Below, piece after piece: positions 1 to 8,750 of a stretch of 40,355 nt of DNA. The notes beneath the pieces are model-generated. The model searched no databases. It had not been told where the DNA came from and saw only the letters and a list, made by a program, of their open reading frames with translations. Source of the DNA: Alphaproteobacteria bacterium (GTDB lineage: Bacteria; Pseudomonadota; Alphaproteobacteria; RF32; CAG-239); assembly GCA_045126755.1 (NCBI GenBank), contig JBGVOY010000025.1, positions 1 to 40,355 on the forward strand, written 5' to 3'. Position 1 is the stretch's first letter, and each line of letters starts with the position of its first letter. The translations under genes were made by a program, and so were the position numbers.

Positions 1-2420
1 GAAATCACGTTATCTAAAGATGAGACATTGCTTTTTGATAAGAAAGAGAAAAACAATATACGAGAATAATAAGTTCTAAACTTGTTTCTAATACTTTCTA
101 TCTCTTTGTTTGAGTTGATTTTATCATCTTTTTGAGGTGTATTTTTAGGTTCTTGAGGATTTTCAGGAGAATCAGGGATAGAAGGTGTTTCTAAATCTGT
201 ATCATCACCTTCTACTGCATCAATAGTAAAACCTTGATTAGAACCTAATTCACCTTGTTTTTCAATTTCTGCTTTAATTTCAGAAACATTTAAGAGAGAT
301 AAGTCAATAGGAATATCTCTTGCTTCATCAACAACACTTCTATTACTTGAATATTGGCTGATTGCACTTAAAATATCGCTTGGTTCAACCTTATTAATTT
401 TATCTTTATTTAATACAATAATAGGAGATATTCTTAAATCTTCTTCTAAACGCTCTTCTAATTTTGAATTTCCTCGTTCATCAACATTGGCATTATATAT
501 TTGTGATTTCATTTCTTGCATAACAAACAAACGATGCGGATCAAAGTCAACTAGTAAGGTTTGAGGTTTCATATTATATTTAATTTCTTCACCATCTTTA
601 TCTACTAGCTTCTTAATATATTGGTTTTGAAGACGAAAAATAGCTTGGTCATATTCTTGCGGGGATGATGTGTCTTTGAGATAAATCATTGTATCCCATT
701 GTTCAACAGTACTTCCTGTCAACATACGATTAACCGTTAGTGTTAGTGTTTTTTTGCCCTCTGCTTCATATTTTTTTATTTTATTTTTAACATCTGTAAC
801 ACTTTTATACAGATTAAATTTCTCTACTCCTGAAATATTAATTATTTCATATTCACTTAAATTTTTGAATTTACTTTTCTTGCTCTTAATTAGTTCTTCT
901 AAAGCATCACAAGAGGCACAATATGGCAAAACACAAACAATATGTTGACACATCTTACCTTGTTTTATCTTATCATAATCAAGGAAACTCAGTATGTTAT
1001 CATCTGTTTTGCTACCATCAATAACTTCAAATAATTCTAAAACTTCTTTTTCAAAAACGAATTTCTTATGGTCACCATTATCTGCTTTTTGAACTGATTT
1101 TGGTTTAAGCAATGCCGAAAACGCATAACTCACCCCTGATTGTTTTAATTCTTGTAACTTTTCTTGTGCAGATTTACTTGGATTAAAAGCAAACCTAACC
1201 ATTTGAGGAAAACCGTAGTATGGATTATCCCATTCTTTAATCTCATCAGATAAAATATGTTCTTTATCCCATTTTTCTTGTTCTTTAACTATATCTGAAA
1301 ACTGGCAAAATGAAATAATATCCTCTTTAGAAAACTCACTTCCCATCAAAATACGATATGGTGTACCGGATAAATGCAATCTGACTTTTGCTTTCAATTG
1401 CTTGATTTGCTCATCAGCTACTTCACTTTCGATATAATCATCTATATCAGCATCTGTTTTTTTCGAAGTATATTTATCCTTTACATCTTCTTCATACTTT
1501 ATTGCTTTAAGAACTTTACCATATTGTTCAGCTCTTGCTCCATAATGTGTTTCATCAACAATCAACAAATCTATTTGACTTTCAAACACTTCTTTGTGCT
1601 TTTCTTTAATTTCAGGACCTTGTAAATCCTGCAAAGTCAAAAAGATAGCAATTTTGTTGCCTTCTTGTAAAGTATTGGTTATAATATTTTCTTCTTTCAA
1701 TCGTTCACTATCTAAAAACTTATATTCTTGAAAATTATCTGCACTTTGAACTGTTTTTTTCCATTCTTCTTTAACATCAGCTTTTGCTGACACTATCAGA
1801 ACGATTTTAGCCCCTTTTGTAGCATCGGATATTGGCATCTCTTTTGCGCAACACATGGAAGTAAATGATTTACCAAAACGCATCACGGCATACATTAAGA
1901 GATTAGTACGACCATTGTTAACTGCCTTACAAAAATTATCAATTGCTTCTTGTTGATTTGGTCTTGGTTTCCAATAGCCTGTAGATTTATACTCAGTAAT
2001 AACAGGCATATTATCGTCGGTTTTATAATATTGATACTTATTTGGAACAGAGTGATAACTGTCAGTAATAACCACTATAGCTTTTTCAACATCTCGCTTT
2101 TCAGCATCTTTAAAAAATTCATTCGAATAGTAAATACCTTGTTTTATATCAGATTTTTGTAAACGAATTTTATTCAATTCTTTTTCAAGATATTGATGGA
2201 CAGCAAAATCCCTAAAAAATATTTCATTATTTACTGTTGCTTTATCTTCAAACTCTTTTTGTAAATCAGGAAAATGTTTTTTCCATTCCTTAAGTCTTTC
2301 CGAGACAGGTCTATATGTATCGCCAACTTTAAGATAATTAGGAATGGTATTTGTCTTAAAAGCATAAATATGAGGTTCAACACGACCAACAATAATCTCA
2401 TCCAAAACAGTTGTGTCCAT
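1..2420 (-). CDS. SF2 (DEAH-type) helicase-family restriction/defence enzyme with N-terminal GIY-YIG/T5orf172-like module; C-terminus lies beyond the window edge
   Basis: Minus-strand frame is open from ATG (complement of 2418-2420) to base 1, about 806 codons. It is absent from the ORF track because it is open-ended. My translation starts MDTTVLDEIIVGRVEPHIYAFKTNTIPNYLKVGDTYRPVSERLKEW (GIY-YIG/T5orf172-like). It then shows Walker A-like MRFGKSFT, DEAH box LLIVDETHYG, motif III LSGTPYR and motif VI-like QAIFRLQN. All plus-strand track ORFs here are short shadow ORFs. Confidence 0.75.
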   Translation of the reverse strand, partial: MDTTVLDEIIVGRVEPHIYAFKTNTIPNYLKVGDTYRPVSERLKEWKKHFPDLQKEFEDKATVNNEIFFRDFAVHQYLEKELNKIRLQKSDIKQGIYYSNEFFKDAEKRDVEKAIVVITDSYHSVPNKYQYYKTDDNMPVITEYKSTGYWKPRPNQQEAIDNFCKAVNNGRTNLLMYAVMRFGKSFTSMCCAKEMPISDATKGAKIVLIVSAKADVKEEWKKTVQSADNFQEYKFLDSERLKEENIITNTLQEGNKIAIFLTLQDLQGPEIKEKHKEVFESQIDLLIVDETHYGARAEQYGKVLKAIKYEEDVKDKYTSKKTDADIDDYIESEVADEQIKQLKAKVRLHLSGTPYRILMGSEFSKEDIISFCQFSDIVKEQEKWDKEHILSDEIKEWDNPYYGFPQMVRFAFNPSKSAQEKLQELKQSGVSYAFSALLKPKSVQKADNGDHKKFVFEKEVLELFEVIDGSKTDDNILSFLDYDKIKQGKMCQHIVCVLPYCASCDALEELIKSKKSKFKNLSEYEIINISGVEKFNLYKSVTDVKNKIKKYEAEGKKTLTLTVNRMLTGSTVEQWDTMIYLKDTSSPQEYDQAIFRLQNQYIKKLVDKDGEEIKYNMKPQTLLVDFDPHRLFVMQEMKSQIYNANVDERGNSKLEERLEEDLRISPIIVLNKDKINKVEPSDILSAISQYSSNRSVVDEARDIPIDLSLLNVSEIKAEIEKQGELGSNQGFTIDAVEGDDTDLETPSIPDSPENPQEPKNTPQKDDKINSNKEIESIRNKFRTYYSRILFFSFLSKSNVSSLDNVI

Positions 2421-3475
2421 TATGCTTTCTCCAACAATGACTTAAATGTTATTATTTCTTTTGCACGCCAATCTTTAATTCTGCAGTATTGAATAGTATT
2501 ATCTTTATCAAAAAATGATAATTGCTCTGTCTTTTGAGCCATATCACACATTGGAACTGTATAAGTTAAACCATCCATTTGCCATATATTCCAAGATATT
2601 ATAGTTGCAATTTCCTGTAATTGTTTTGCACTTGGTAAAATATTAAATTTAAATTTCATATTATCCATAAAGGTAAATAGTAAATTTTCTCGTGCTAACA
2701 GCAAATTATCCCCTTGATATTCAAAACCATAAATGCTCTGAAATGCACGAACTGTCCATTTATACCAGTCCTTTATATCCTCTGTATTTTCATTGACTAC
2801 ACGCAACTTTCTATCTAAAAGACCGATACGCTCTTCAATTTCAATGTATTTTCCTGTAACTGTATCATATCGACTAACTAAGTATGGAGCTTCACCGCAA
2901 GTAATTTCCATACGATTACCATCTACGTACTTTTGCCATGTGTGCTTTTTATCATTAGGAAAGACAATTTTTTCTTTTGTAGCTTGCCATTGTTTATCTT
3001 TGGTATAGTTAAAAACATCTGCTCTACCAAACCATTGCTCATCAACTAAATTATTTTGAGCATTACATATCCATGATGGTGTAAATACTTCGGCTTTCTC
3101 TCTGGTACGATTTAGTTGATTATCTCGTGATTTAGCAGCTCTTGGACGAATAATTTTATTCCTACTTCCTATAATCAAAGTCGAAAGAATTTCACAGTTT
3201 GAGCAATATGCATCACCATATTCTTCATAATCAGAAGTAGCCCATATGATATTGCGCCCCATTGTTCTATCTTTGAGTAAAGTATCAAATAACTTCTTGT
3301 TATATTGTAAAATATTTTCTTCATTAACATCTATTTGTTTTTTGATGTAAAAATCAACATATCGGCTTTTATCCACACAGCTAAGCATGGCATTATATTC
3401 ATTTTTACTAATAACGCCTTGATTTACTTTATAATTCAAACTATTTTCTAGTTGTATGTTTGTTAAATATTCCAT
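2420..3475 (-). CDS. Partner of the helicase-nuclease; gamma-class N6-adenine DNA methyltransferase-like protein (atypical, no NPPY-type motif seen)
   Basis: 351-aa ORF. It has AEVFTPSWICN (FTP motif typical of gamma-class MTases), EITCGEAPYL (resembles the SAM-binding ExxCGxGxFL motif I) and IYGFEYQGDNLLLARENL (motif II/III-like). I find no (D/N/S)PP(Y/F). The stop overlaps the downstream ATG (TAATG at 2418-2422), so the two genes are translationally coupled. Confidence 0.55.
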   Translation of the reverse strand: MEYLTNIQLENSLNYKVNQGVISKNEYNAMLSCVDKSRYVDFYIKKQIDVNEENILQYNKKLFDTLLKDRTMGRNIIWATSDYEEYGDAYCSNCEILSTLIIGSRNKIIRPRAAKSRDNQLNRTREKAEVFTPSWICNAQNNLVDEQWFGRADVFNYTKDKQWQATKEKIVFPNDKKHTWQKYVDGNRMEITCGEAPYLVSRYDTVTGKYIEIEERIGLLDRKLRVVNENTEDIKDWYKWTVRAFQSIYGFEYQGDNLLLARENLLFTFMDNMKFKFNILPSAKQLQEIATIISWNIWQMDGLTYTVPMCDMAQKTEQLSFFDKDNTIQYCRIKDWRAKEIITFKSLLEKA

Positions 3476-3700
3476 ATTTGTCCTTTATTGGATGATGATA
3501 CATACATTCTTCATAAAATTCAATATAAGAATAGTTTATTTAACAGATTCTTTAGGCTTATTTAAAATATGAGAAAATTAACACCTTTGATTTTTAACCA
3601 TACAGCCACGTCGCAGGGATTTTATGACAAGTTGCATATATTTTGCGACCATCCGCACTCAAAACGCAGGGAAACTAAGGGAAATAATATATAAAATTAA

Positions 3701-3997
3701 CTAAAACACCAAAACTAAGTCTTTTTCAATTCGTTTATAAAAACTCTCATCAATCTTGTGATAGTCGCTGAAATTGACAATATACGGCAGTGAACTCGCA
3801 TCAAATTGTTGTTTTAAGTATTCAACATCACTTAAAGGCATTTCAGTATCACCTTTAATCAGTATATCTAAATCTGAAACTTTGGAATATTTCCCCTTCA
3901 CCCGAGAGCCATAAAAATAAAACGTATATGTCGCTGAATATGGCTCCAAGATTGACTTAACAATGCTTTCTTCGGCTTCTGAAACACCTTTTATCAT
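3701..3997 (-). CDS. MNT-type nucleotidyltransferase (antitoxin of HEPN/MNT pair, HI0073-like)
   Basis: 98 aa with a GSRVKGKYSKVSDLDIL pol-beta nucleotidyltransferase signature (GS-x9-DxD). It lies 3 nt downstream of the HEPN gene. Confidence 0.85.
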   Translation of the reverse strand: MIKGVSEAEESIVKSILEPYSATYTFYFYGSRVKGKYSKVSDLDILIKGDTEMPLSDVEYLKQQFDASSLPYIVNFSDYHKIDESFYKRIEKDLVLVF

Positions 3998-4000
3998 TTT

Positions 4001-4423
4001 TTAAGCTCCAGCAACGGCTTTATCAAAACTATTTACCAAAAACTCTGTATCGGCAATAAATGGAGGGATAATTTTCAATAGTTCTCTTGCTTTTTCAATA
4101 TTATATTCGTGTGAAGTGTCATTACGTTTAGCGTAATAAAGTTTCCAATTTTCCCAATCTTCAACCATATCATAACCAGCCATAAGACGAAAGATGTTAT
4201 TGACTGTCAACTCTTTATCATCTTTAGCATAAGCCAATTTGAGGTATTTACGCATTAATTTCAGCGAAGTTTCCATTGTATATTCAAAACGCTTAACGCA
4301 AGAATCAGCCACAATATCAGCGATTGAGGTATCATCTTTCTTCTGGTTATAAACTTCCCAGCAACTTTTTAAGGTTGCCAAGGCATTTTTTAACGCATCA
4401 ATACTAAATTCTTCGCTATTCAT
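4001..4423 (-). CDS. HEPN-domain nucleotidyltransferase substrate-binding protein (HI0074-like toxin)
   Basis: 140 aa with RNDTSHEY (the Rx4-6H HEPN motif). Pairing with the MNT gene is typical. Confidence 0.85.
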   Translation of the reverse strand: MNSEEFSIDALKNALATLKSCWEVYNQKKDDTSIADIVADSCVKRFEYTMETSLKLMRKYLKLAYAKDDKELTVNNIFRLMAGYDMVEDWENWKLYYAKRNDTSHEYNIEKARELLKIIPPFIADTEFLVNSFDKAVAGA

Positions 4424-4775
4424 ATTTCTTTTTCCTTATCAAATATATAAACAGACTATGACAGTTTTATCAATTTTTCAAGTGTATATTTCCTTTTTCC
4501 ATATAAAAACCATCGTATATTTTTTGTAAATTAGAATTTACACCCCAGAAAATATTTTAACAAGTTATTGATTTTATGAAAAAATGAGGCTTTATGATTT
4601 TATCAACTCAGACAACAAAAATGTACTACCTAAATCAGACACCGCATCAAACATCTCCTAATATCATTATCTTACAAGCTATATAACGAAAAAACAAAAA
4701 AATCTAGTTTATAATGTTTTTTTAATTAGTTTTACATAGTATTGATAATAAAGGTAAGACATAGAGGAATATAAT

Positions 4776-5255
4776 ATGAAATTTACAACAATATTCAATG
4801 AAGAGATAAATACTACTTGTGCTGGGTGTGTGGTTACTGATAATACAAAATTCACAGAAGGTCGGATTTATCAATCCAAATTATGGGACTTAAGTCAAGA
4901 TTTTGAAATTGCTTATCCGGGAATGGTTGTTTTATCACCAATGCGCCATGTTTCAACTTATATAGATTTAACAGAAGATGAAATTAAAGAATTAAACGTT
5001 CTGACATTTCATTGCAAAAAGGCTATTAAAAAAATATTTGATTGTGAGAATGTGGCGTATATGTTCTATGAAAAATCTAATGGTCATGTTCATTTTGTGA
5101 TTATTCCGTTGCATGGTCTAATACAGATAAAAGATAAATATTCCGTTTTGGGAGAATTGATATCTATGGCGAAAGATTTGCGCACAAACAAAGAAAATAT
5201 GACACATGTTGTCAGAGCAATTAGTGGTTTTAGAAAATACTTTAAGAACGTATAA
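4776..5255 (+). CDS. HIT (histidine triad) family nucleotide hydrolase/transferase
   Basis: 159 aa with GHVHFVIIPLH (histidine triad HxHxHxx) and an N-terminal CAGC. An AGGAAT Shine-Dalgarno-like sequence lies upstream. Confidence 0.8.
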   Translation: MKFTTIFNEEINTTCAGCVVTDNTKFTEGRIYQSKLWDLSQDFEIAYPGMVVLSPMRHVSTYIDLTEDEIKELNVLTFHCKKAIKKIFDCENVAYMFYEKSNGHVHFVIIPLHGLIQIKDKYSVLGELISMAKDLRTNKENMTHVVRAISGFRKYFKNV

Positions 5256-5292
5256 ACTCGAGAATTGCACATAGTCTCCAGCCACATTTAAC

Positions 5293-5318
5293 AAAGGACG
5301 AGAAATCGTCCTTTTTTC
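5293..5318 (+). terminator. Rho-independent terminator after the HIT gene
   Basis: GGACGA-GAAA-TCGTCC hairpin followed by TTTTTT. Confidence 0.7.
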
Positions 5319-5411
5319 TTTATAACTCAAGCATTTGAGTTGGTCCGTGTGAGATATTAAAAACAGCTCATTTTAGGCATTTACACAGACTAAACTGAAT
5401 AATTAACATAC

Positions 5412-5444
5412 AAAAGAAAGGCTTTTTTATTAGCCTTTCTTTTG
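5412..5444 (-). terminator. Hairpin terminator downstream of the LysR gene
   Basis: AAAGAAAGGC (5413-5422) pairs with GCCTTTCTTT (5433-5442). A/T runs sit on both sides. Confidence 0.6.
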
Positions 5445-5459
5445 TTCTGGTTTTCCTCT

Positions 5460-6464
5460 TTACTTTCCACTTAATATTTCAATAATTGGTAAATTTTCAT
5501 TATTTAATGTAGGGATAGGATTTTCCATTCTATCAATAATATTCTTATAGAAATTTATAAGTGTTCTTATTCTTGGTATATCTTTTGTATATCTATTAAC
5601 ATATAGATAATAACATATAGAATTATCGCATGGTATATTATCCAGGCTAACTAACCCTTGCGATGCAAAACTTAATGGCATAATTCCTATACCAGTGCTA
5701 TTTTCTATTGCATTGATTAGCGCCAAGTTATTATTTGTTTGAAAACAGATATGGGCTTGTTTTAATTTTTCTTCACCAATGGCGTGCTTTAACATATTGT
5801 TATGTTTATGTACTAATCTATGATTTTTAACCAAATCATCTAGGTCTACAGGATAACCATGCTCTGATAAATAATTAGGTGAAGCAAAAAATCCGCAATA
5901 TACTGTTTTCTTAGTTATTTCTACAATATCAAAACTATCTATCGGCTCACTACTTAATATAATATCCACATCTCTCATATTAAGTTGAGATGCATCTGTA
6001 GCTGAAATTGAATTAATTTTCAAATCAGGAAAAATATCAAATAATGCTGATAATTCATGTGGAACCATGTATGAAGCATATCCTAAAGAGATAAAAACAC
6101 GTACTTCTCCTTTTATCTCTTTATTTTCTAGTTTTATTGCTGAAATATCATCAAGTATTTCTTTAATTTTTGATGCTTTTTCAACAATGCGTTGTGCTAC
6201 ACTAGTTAAATTTGATCCTTTACCACTACTTGAAATTAACTTTACACCTAAGTATTCTTCTAAATTTTCAATATACTTACTAATTGTATCTATTGAAATA
6301 GATAATGCTTCAGATGCCTTTCTTTTTCCTGAGCATTGGTCAATTGCTTGTAAAAACAAAAGACTCTCTATCAATGATATATCTTTTTTGCTAACCATCT
6401 GTTTATTATTCCTCTGATTGGAAAATGCATTAAGGTGGTCGGAGAGTTCAGAAATCAAATGCAT
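5460..6464 (-). CDS. LysR-family transcriptional regulator
   Basis: N-terminal wHTH (LIESLLFLQAIDQCSGKRKASEALSISIDTISKYIENLEEYLGVKLI) plus a substrate-binding-domain-sized C-terminus. AAAGGA lies 8 nt upstream of the ATG at 6464. An alternative start at 6398 is possible. Confidence 0.85.
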   Translation of the reverse strand: MHLISELSDHLNAFSNQRNNKQMVSKKDISLIESLLFLQAIDQCSGKRKASEALSISIDTISKYIENLEEYLGVKLISSSGKGSNLTSVAQRIVEKASKIKEILDDISAIKLENKEIKGEVRVFISLGYASYMVPHELSALFDIFPDLKINSISATDASQLNMRDVDIILSSEPIDSFDIVEITKKTVYCGFFASPNYLSEHGYPVDLDDLVKNHRLVHKHNNMLKHAIGEEKLKQAHICFQTNNNLALINAIENSTGIGIMPLSFASQGLVSLDNIPCDNSICYYLYVNRYTKDIPRIRTLINFYKNIIDRMENPIPTLNNENLPIIEILSGK

Positions 6465-6925
6465 AAAAATGATCCTTTAACCTTTAAAGTCTTAAAAGAC
6501 TTCTGGACATTCGTTAAAGCTCCCCGGCCATAAATGGATCGCAAGAAATCTTTTTGCCTAAAAACGCGACTATGCATTAAGCTTCTGACGGCTCGAACAA
6601 CATAAAACATTTTCTGTTGTTTTGTTTATGTTAAATCTATAACTAAAAAGTAATCAATTCTTATTTTTAGATACAAGGATACGAAAAATTAGTACACAAC
6701 ATTTTGTTATTTATATACATTTTATTAAATAAAGTTATCTGTACTAAAAATTAGAATATGCTGACACAAAAAGTTCATTATTACGATTTTTTCTTATGTA
6801 TAGTACATTTTTTGATTATTGATTTTATATCTTTCATAAATGAATATTTTAGATACCTTCCAAAAGAAGTGTACCTAAGTCTATGTTTGTTAGGTTTCTT
6901 GTTATTAACATTAATGGAGCAGACA

Positions 6926-7801
6926 ATGAACAATAGTATTTATTTTGATAATTCGGACTTTTCAGAACAGGCTAATATGATAAAGTATTTACAAAGTATA
7001 AAACGTTATCCACTTTTATCACTTAATGAAGAATATGAATTAACTAAACAATATGCAAATACTCATGATGAAAAATTAGCCAATAAACTCATAAACTCTC
7101 ATTTAAGATTGGTAGTTAAAGTTGCTAGTGCTTATAAAGGATATGGATTACCTATGAATGAAATTATTGCCGAAGGAAATATTGGACTTTTAACCGCTGT
7201 TAAAAAATTTAACCCAGATAAAGGGTTTAGATTTTCAACATATTCCTTATGGTGGATTAAAGCTTATATTCAAAAATATATTTTAAATTCTTGGTCGTTA
7301 GTAAAAATTGGCACAACATCTGCTCAAAAAAGATTATTTTTTAATTTAAGAAAAATAAAAAACAAACTAAACTTAATTGATGATAGAAATATGGATGACA
7401 TGACTATTGATAAAATTGCATCTTCATTATCAGTTAGTTCTACAGATGTGAAAGAAATGAATAATCGCATGACAGCTCAAGACACTTCTCTTAACACTTA
7501 TATTAATAACGATTCCGATAATGGTGATGAGTTTATTGATTTCATTGTAGACGGAACTATAAATCAAGAAGATAAACTTATAAATAATCAAATATATTCA
7601 TATAGGAAGAAGCTATTTTATAGTGCTTTATCATGCTTAAATCCTCGTGAAAAAGATATTCTGTTTAAACGTAGATTACATTCTATTCCGCAAACTTTAG
7701 ACGCTTTAAGTACTACGTACAATATATCTAAAGAAAGGGTTAGACAAATTGAATTAAACTCCATAAAAAAGATACAAAAGAATATTCCATTATTACAATA
7801 A
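6926..7801 (+). CDS. rpoH: RNA polymerase sigma-32 (heat-shock sigma factor)
   Basis: It has NSHLRLVVKVA, EGNIGLLTAVKKFNP and an RpoH-box-like AQKRLFFNLRKIK. GGAG lies 6 nt upstream of the ATG at 6926. The track ORF start (6758) adds a hydrophobic, non-sigma extension and is rejected. Confidence 0.9.
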   Translation: MNNSIYFDNSDFSEQANMIKYLQSIKRYPLLSLNEEYELTKQYANTHDEKLANKLINSHLRLVVKVASAYKGYGLPMNEIIAEGNIGLLTAVKKFNPDKGFRFSTYSLWWIKAYIQKYILNSWSLVKIGTTSAQKRLFFNLRKIKNKLNLIDDRNMDDMTIDKIASSLSVSSTDVKEMNNRMTAQDTSLNTYINNDSDNGDEFIDFIVDGTINQEDKLINNQIYSYRKKLFYSALSCLNPREKDILFKRRLHSIPQTLDALSTTYNISKERVRQIELNSIKKIQKNIPLLQ

Positions 7802-7843
7802 AATTTTATTTTAAAGTTATATATTTTATTAATCACTATAAAT

Positions 7844-7880
7844 AAATCCCCTTATCTTATATGGGGGATTTGTTAATTTT
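7844..7880 (+). terminator. Rho-independent terminator after rpoH
   Basis: AAATCCCC (7844-7851) pairs with GGGGATTT (7864-7871), followed by a T-rich tail. Confidence 0.65.
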
Positions 7881-8215
7881 AAAACGCTATTTAACACTAC
7901 TTTAATATTATTTATAAAGAAGATAGAACTTTACTTAATTTTGTTATTATATATCAATCATCATAAATTATTTTTTCTATAAAAAGAGCAAAATAATTAC
8001 TATGGTCTAAAAGTACATGTACTTTTTTATATAAAGATATGTATTTTTTACCCATCAAGCATTTCAGTGTTATAAATTTTATTATATGCTTATATAAGAA
8101 ATTGAATCATCATAAAAAAACGAACACCATTTACAAAATCTAGGAATTGATAAATGCAAATTGTAATAATATATTTAGAGTGTAAATAATTTAATAACTT
8201 TTTTTGGAGGCTAAA

Positions 8216-8419
8216 ATGTTACGCGGTACTGTTAAATGGTTTAATACTGTTAAAGGATATGGATTTATATTACCAGAAATAGGAGAAAAAGATGTTTTTG
8301 TTCATATAACACAAGTTCAAAAATGTGGTTTAAAAAGATTGTTTCCGGGACAAAATATAAGTTTTGAAAAATATGATGATAGAGGTAGAGTTGCCGCGGG
8401 AAATTTACAGCTTTTATAA
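8216..8419 (+). CDS. cspA: Cold-shock protein (CspA family)
   Basis: MLRGTVKWFNTVKGYGFI...DVFVH carries the RNP1/RNP2 motifs. GGAGG (8206-8210) precedes the ATG at 8216. The track start at 8204 is a TTG. Confidence 0.9.
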   Translation: MLRGTVKWFNTVKGYGFILPEIGEKDVFVHITQVQKCGLKRLFPGQNISFEKYDDRGRVAAGNLQLL

Positions 8420-8445
8420 TACATTGAAAAAACATATATATTTTT

Positions 8446-8636
8446 AAAGTCGTCAGGATTTGAGCAAACGAATTTTGTTTGCGAAAACGTGCTAACCCGA
8501 AAGGGGCGCTGTGCCTTGCGTGCGCCAAATGGCGACTTTTACTTTTATTTTCAAGCGTTTAAGCCGGTTCGAAGATGAACATATTTTGAAGGCTTGTTTT
8601 ACAATATCTTCGAACTCACTTTTATATTTTTCAATA
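8446..8636 (+). repeat. Copy A of a ~190-bp G+C-rich structured intergenic repeat (two terminator-like multi-hairpin modules)
   Basis: Near-identical to 9861-10055. Module 1: closing stem AAAGTCGTC/GGCGACTTT encloses hairpins GCAAAC-GAATTTT-GTTTGC and GGCGC-N12-GCGCC, followed by a T-run. Module 2: GTTCGAAGAT (8567-8576) pairs with ATCTTCGAAC (8606-8615), followed by a T-rich tail. Confidence 0.85.
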
Positions 8637-8693
8637 ACTTAGCAAATTACATTATTTATAATAATCTACTTTTATTTAATGCATTAATAAGCA

Positions 8694-8722
8694 TTGTATA
8701 TAATAAAAATATATGATACACT
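8694..8722 (+). promoter_or_regulatory. Putative sigma-70 promoter of the kinase gene
   Basis: TTGTAT, 17-nt spacer, TGaTACACT (extended -10). Confidence 0.4.
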
Positions 8723-8750
8723 ATGCATAGTATATTTGTTGAGGTAAAAG

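Noticed and set aside
754-2492. Plus-strand track ORFs 754-948, 1374-1625, 1950-2162 and 2274-2492.
   Set aside because: They are short, hydrophobic or low-complexity shadow ORFs lying antisense to the long open minus-strand helicase frame. They have no SD sequences or motifs.
3590-3690. G+C-richer intergenic patches (also 6480-6600 and 13500-13600), examined as possible tRNA or small RNA genes or extra copies of the 190-bp repeat.
   Set aside because: I could not draw a cloverleaf or find T-loop/anticodon-arm features, and I could not align them convincingly to the repeat. They may simply be promoter or leader DNA.
5257-5290. Short similarity between sequences just after stop codons: gtctccagcca at 5271-5284 and 9843-9853, and agctcaaagatt at 9824-9835 and 14113-14124.
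   Set aside because: Exact 11-12-mers are expected many times by chance in 40 kb of biased-composition DNA. The flanking similarity is weak. I do not regard these as a repeat family without a genome-wide count.
6758-6925. N-terminal 56-codon extension of the rpoH ORF in the track.
   Set aside because: The extension is hydrophobic and unlike sigma factors. A GGAG-spaced ATG at 6926 gives a canonical ~291-aa RpoH.
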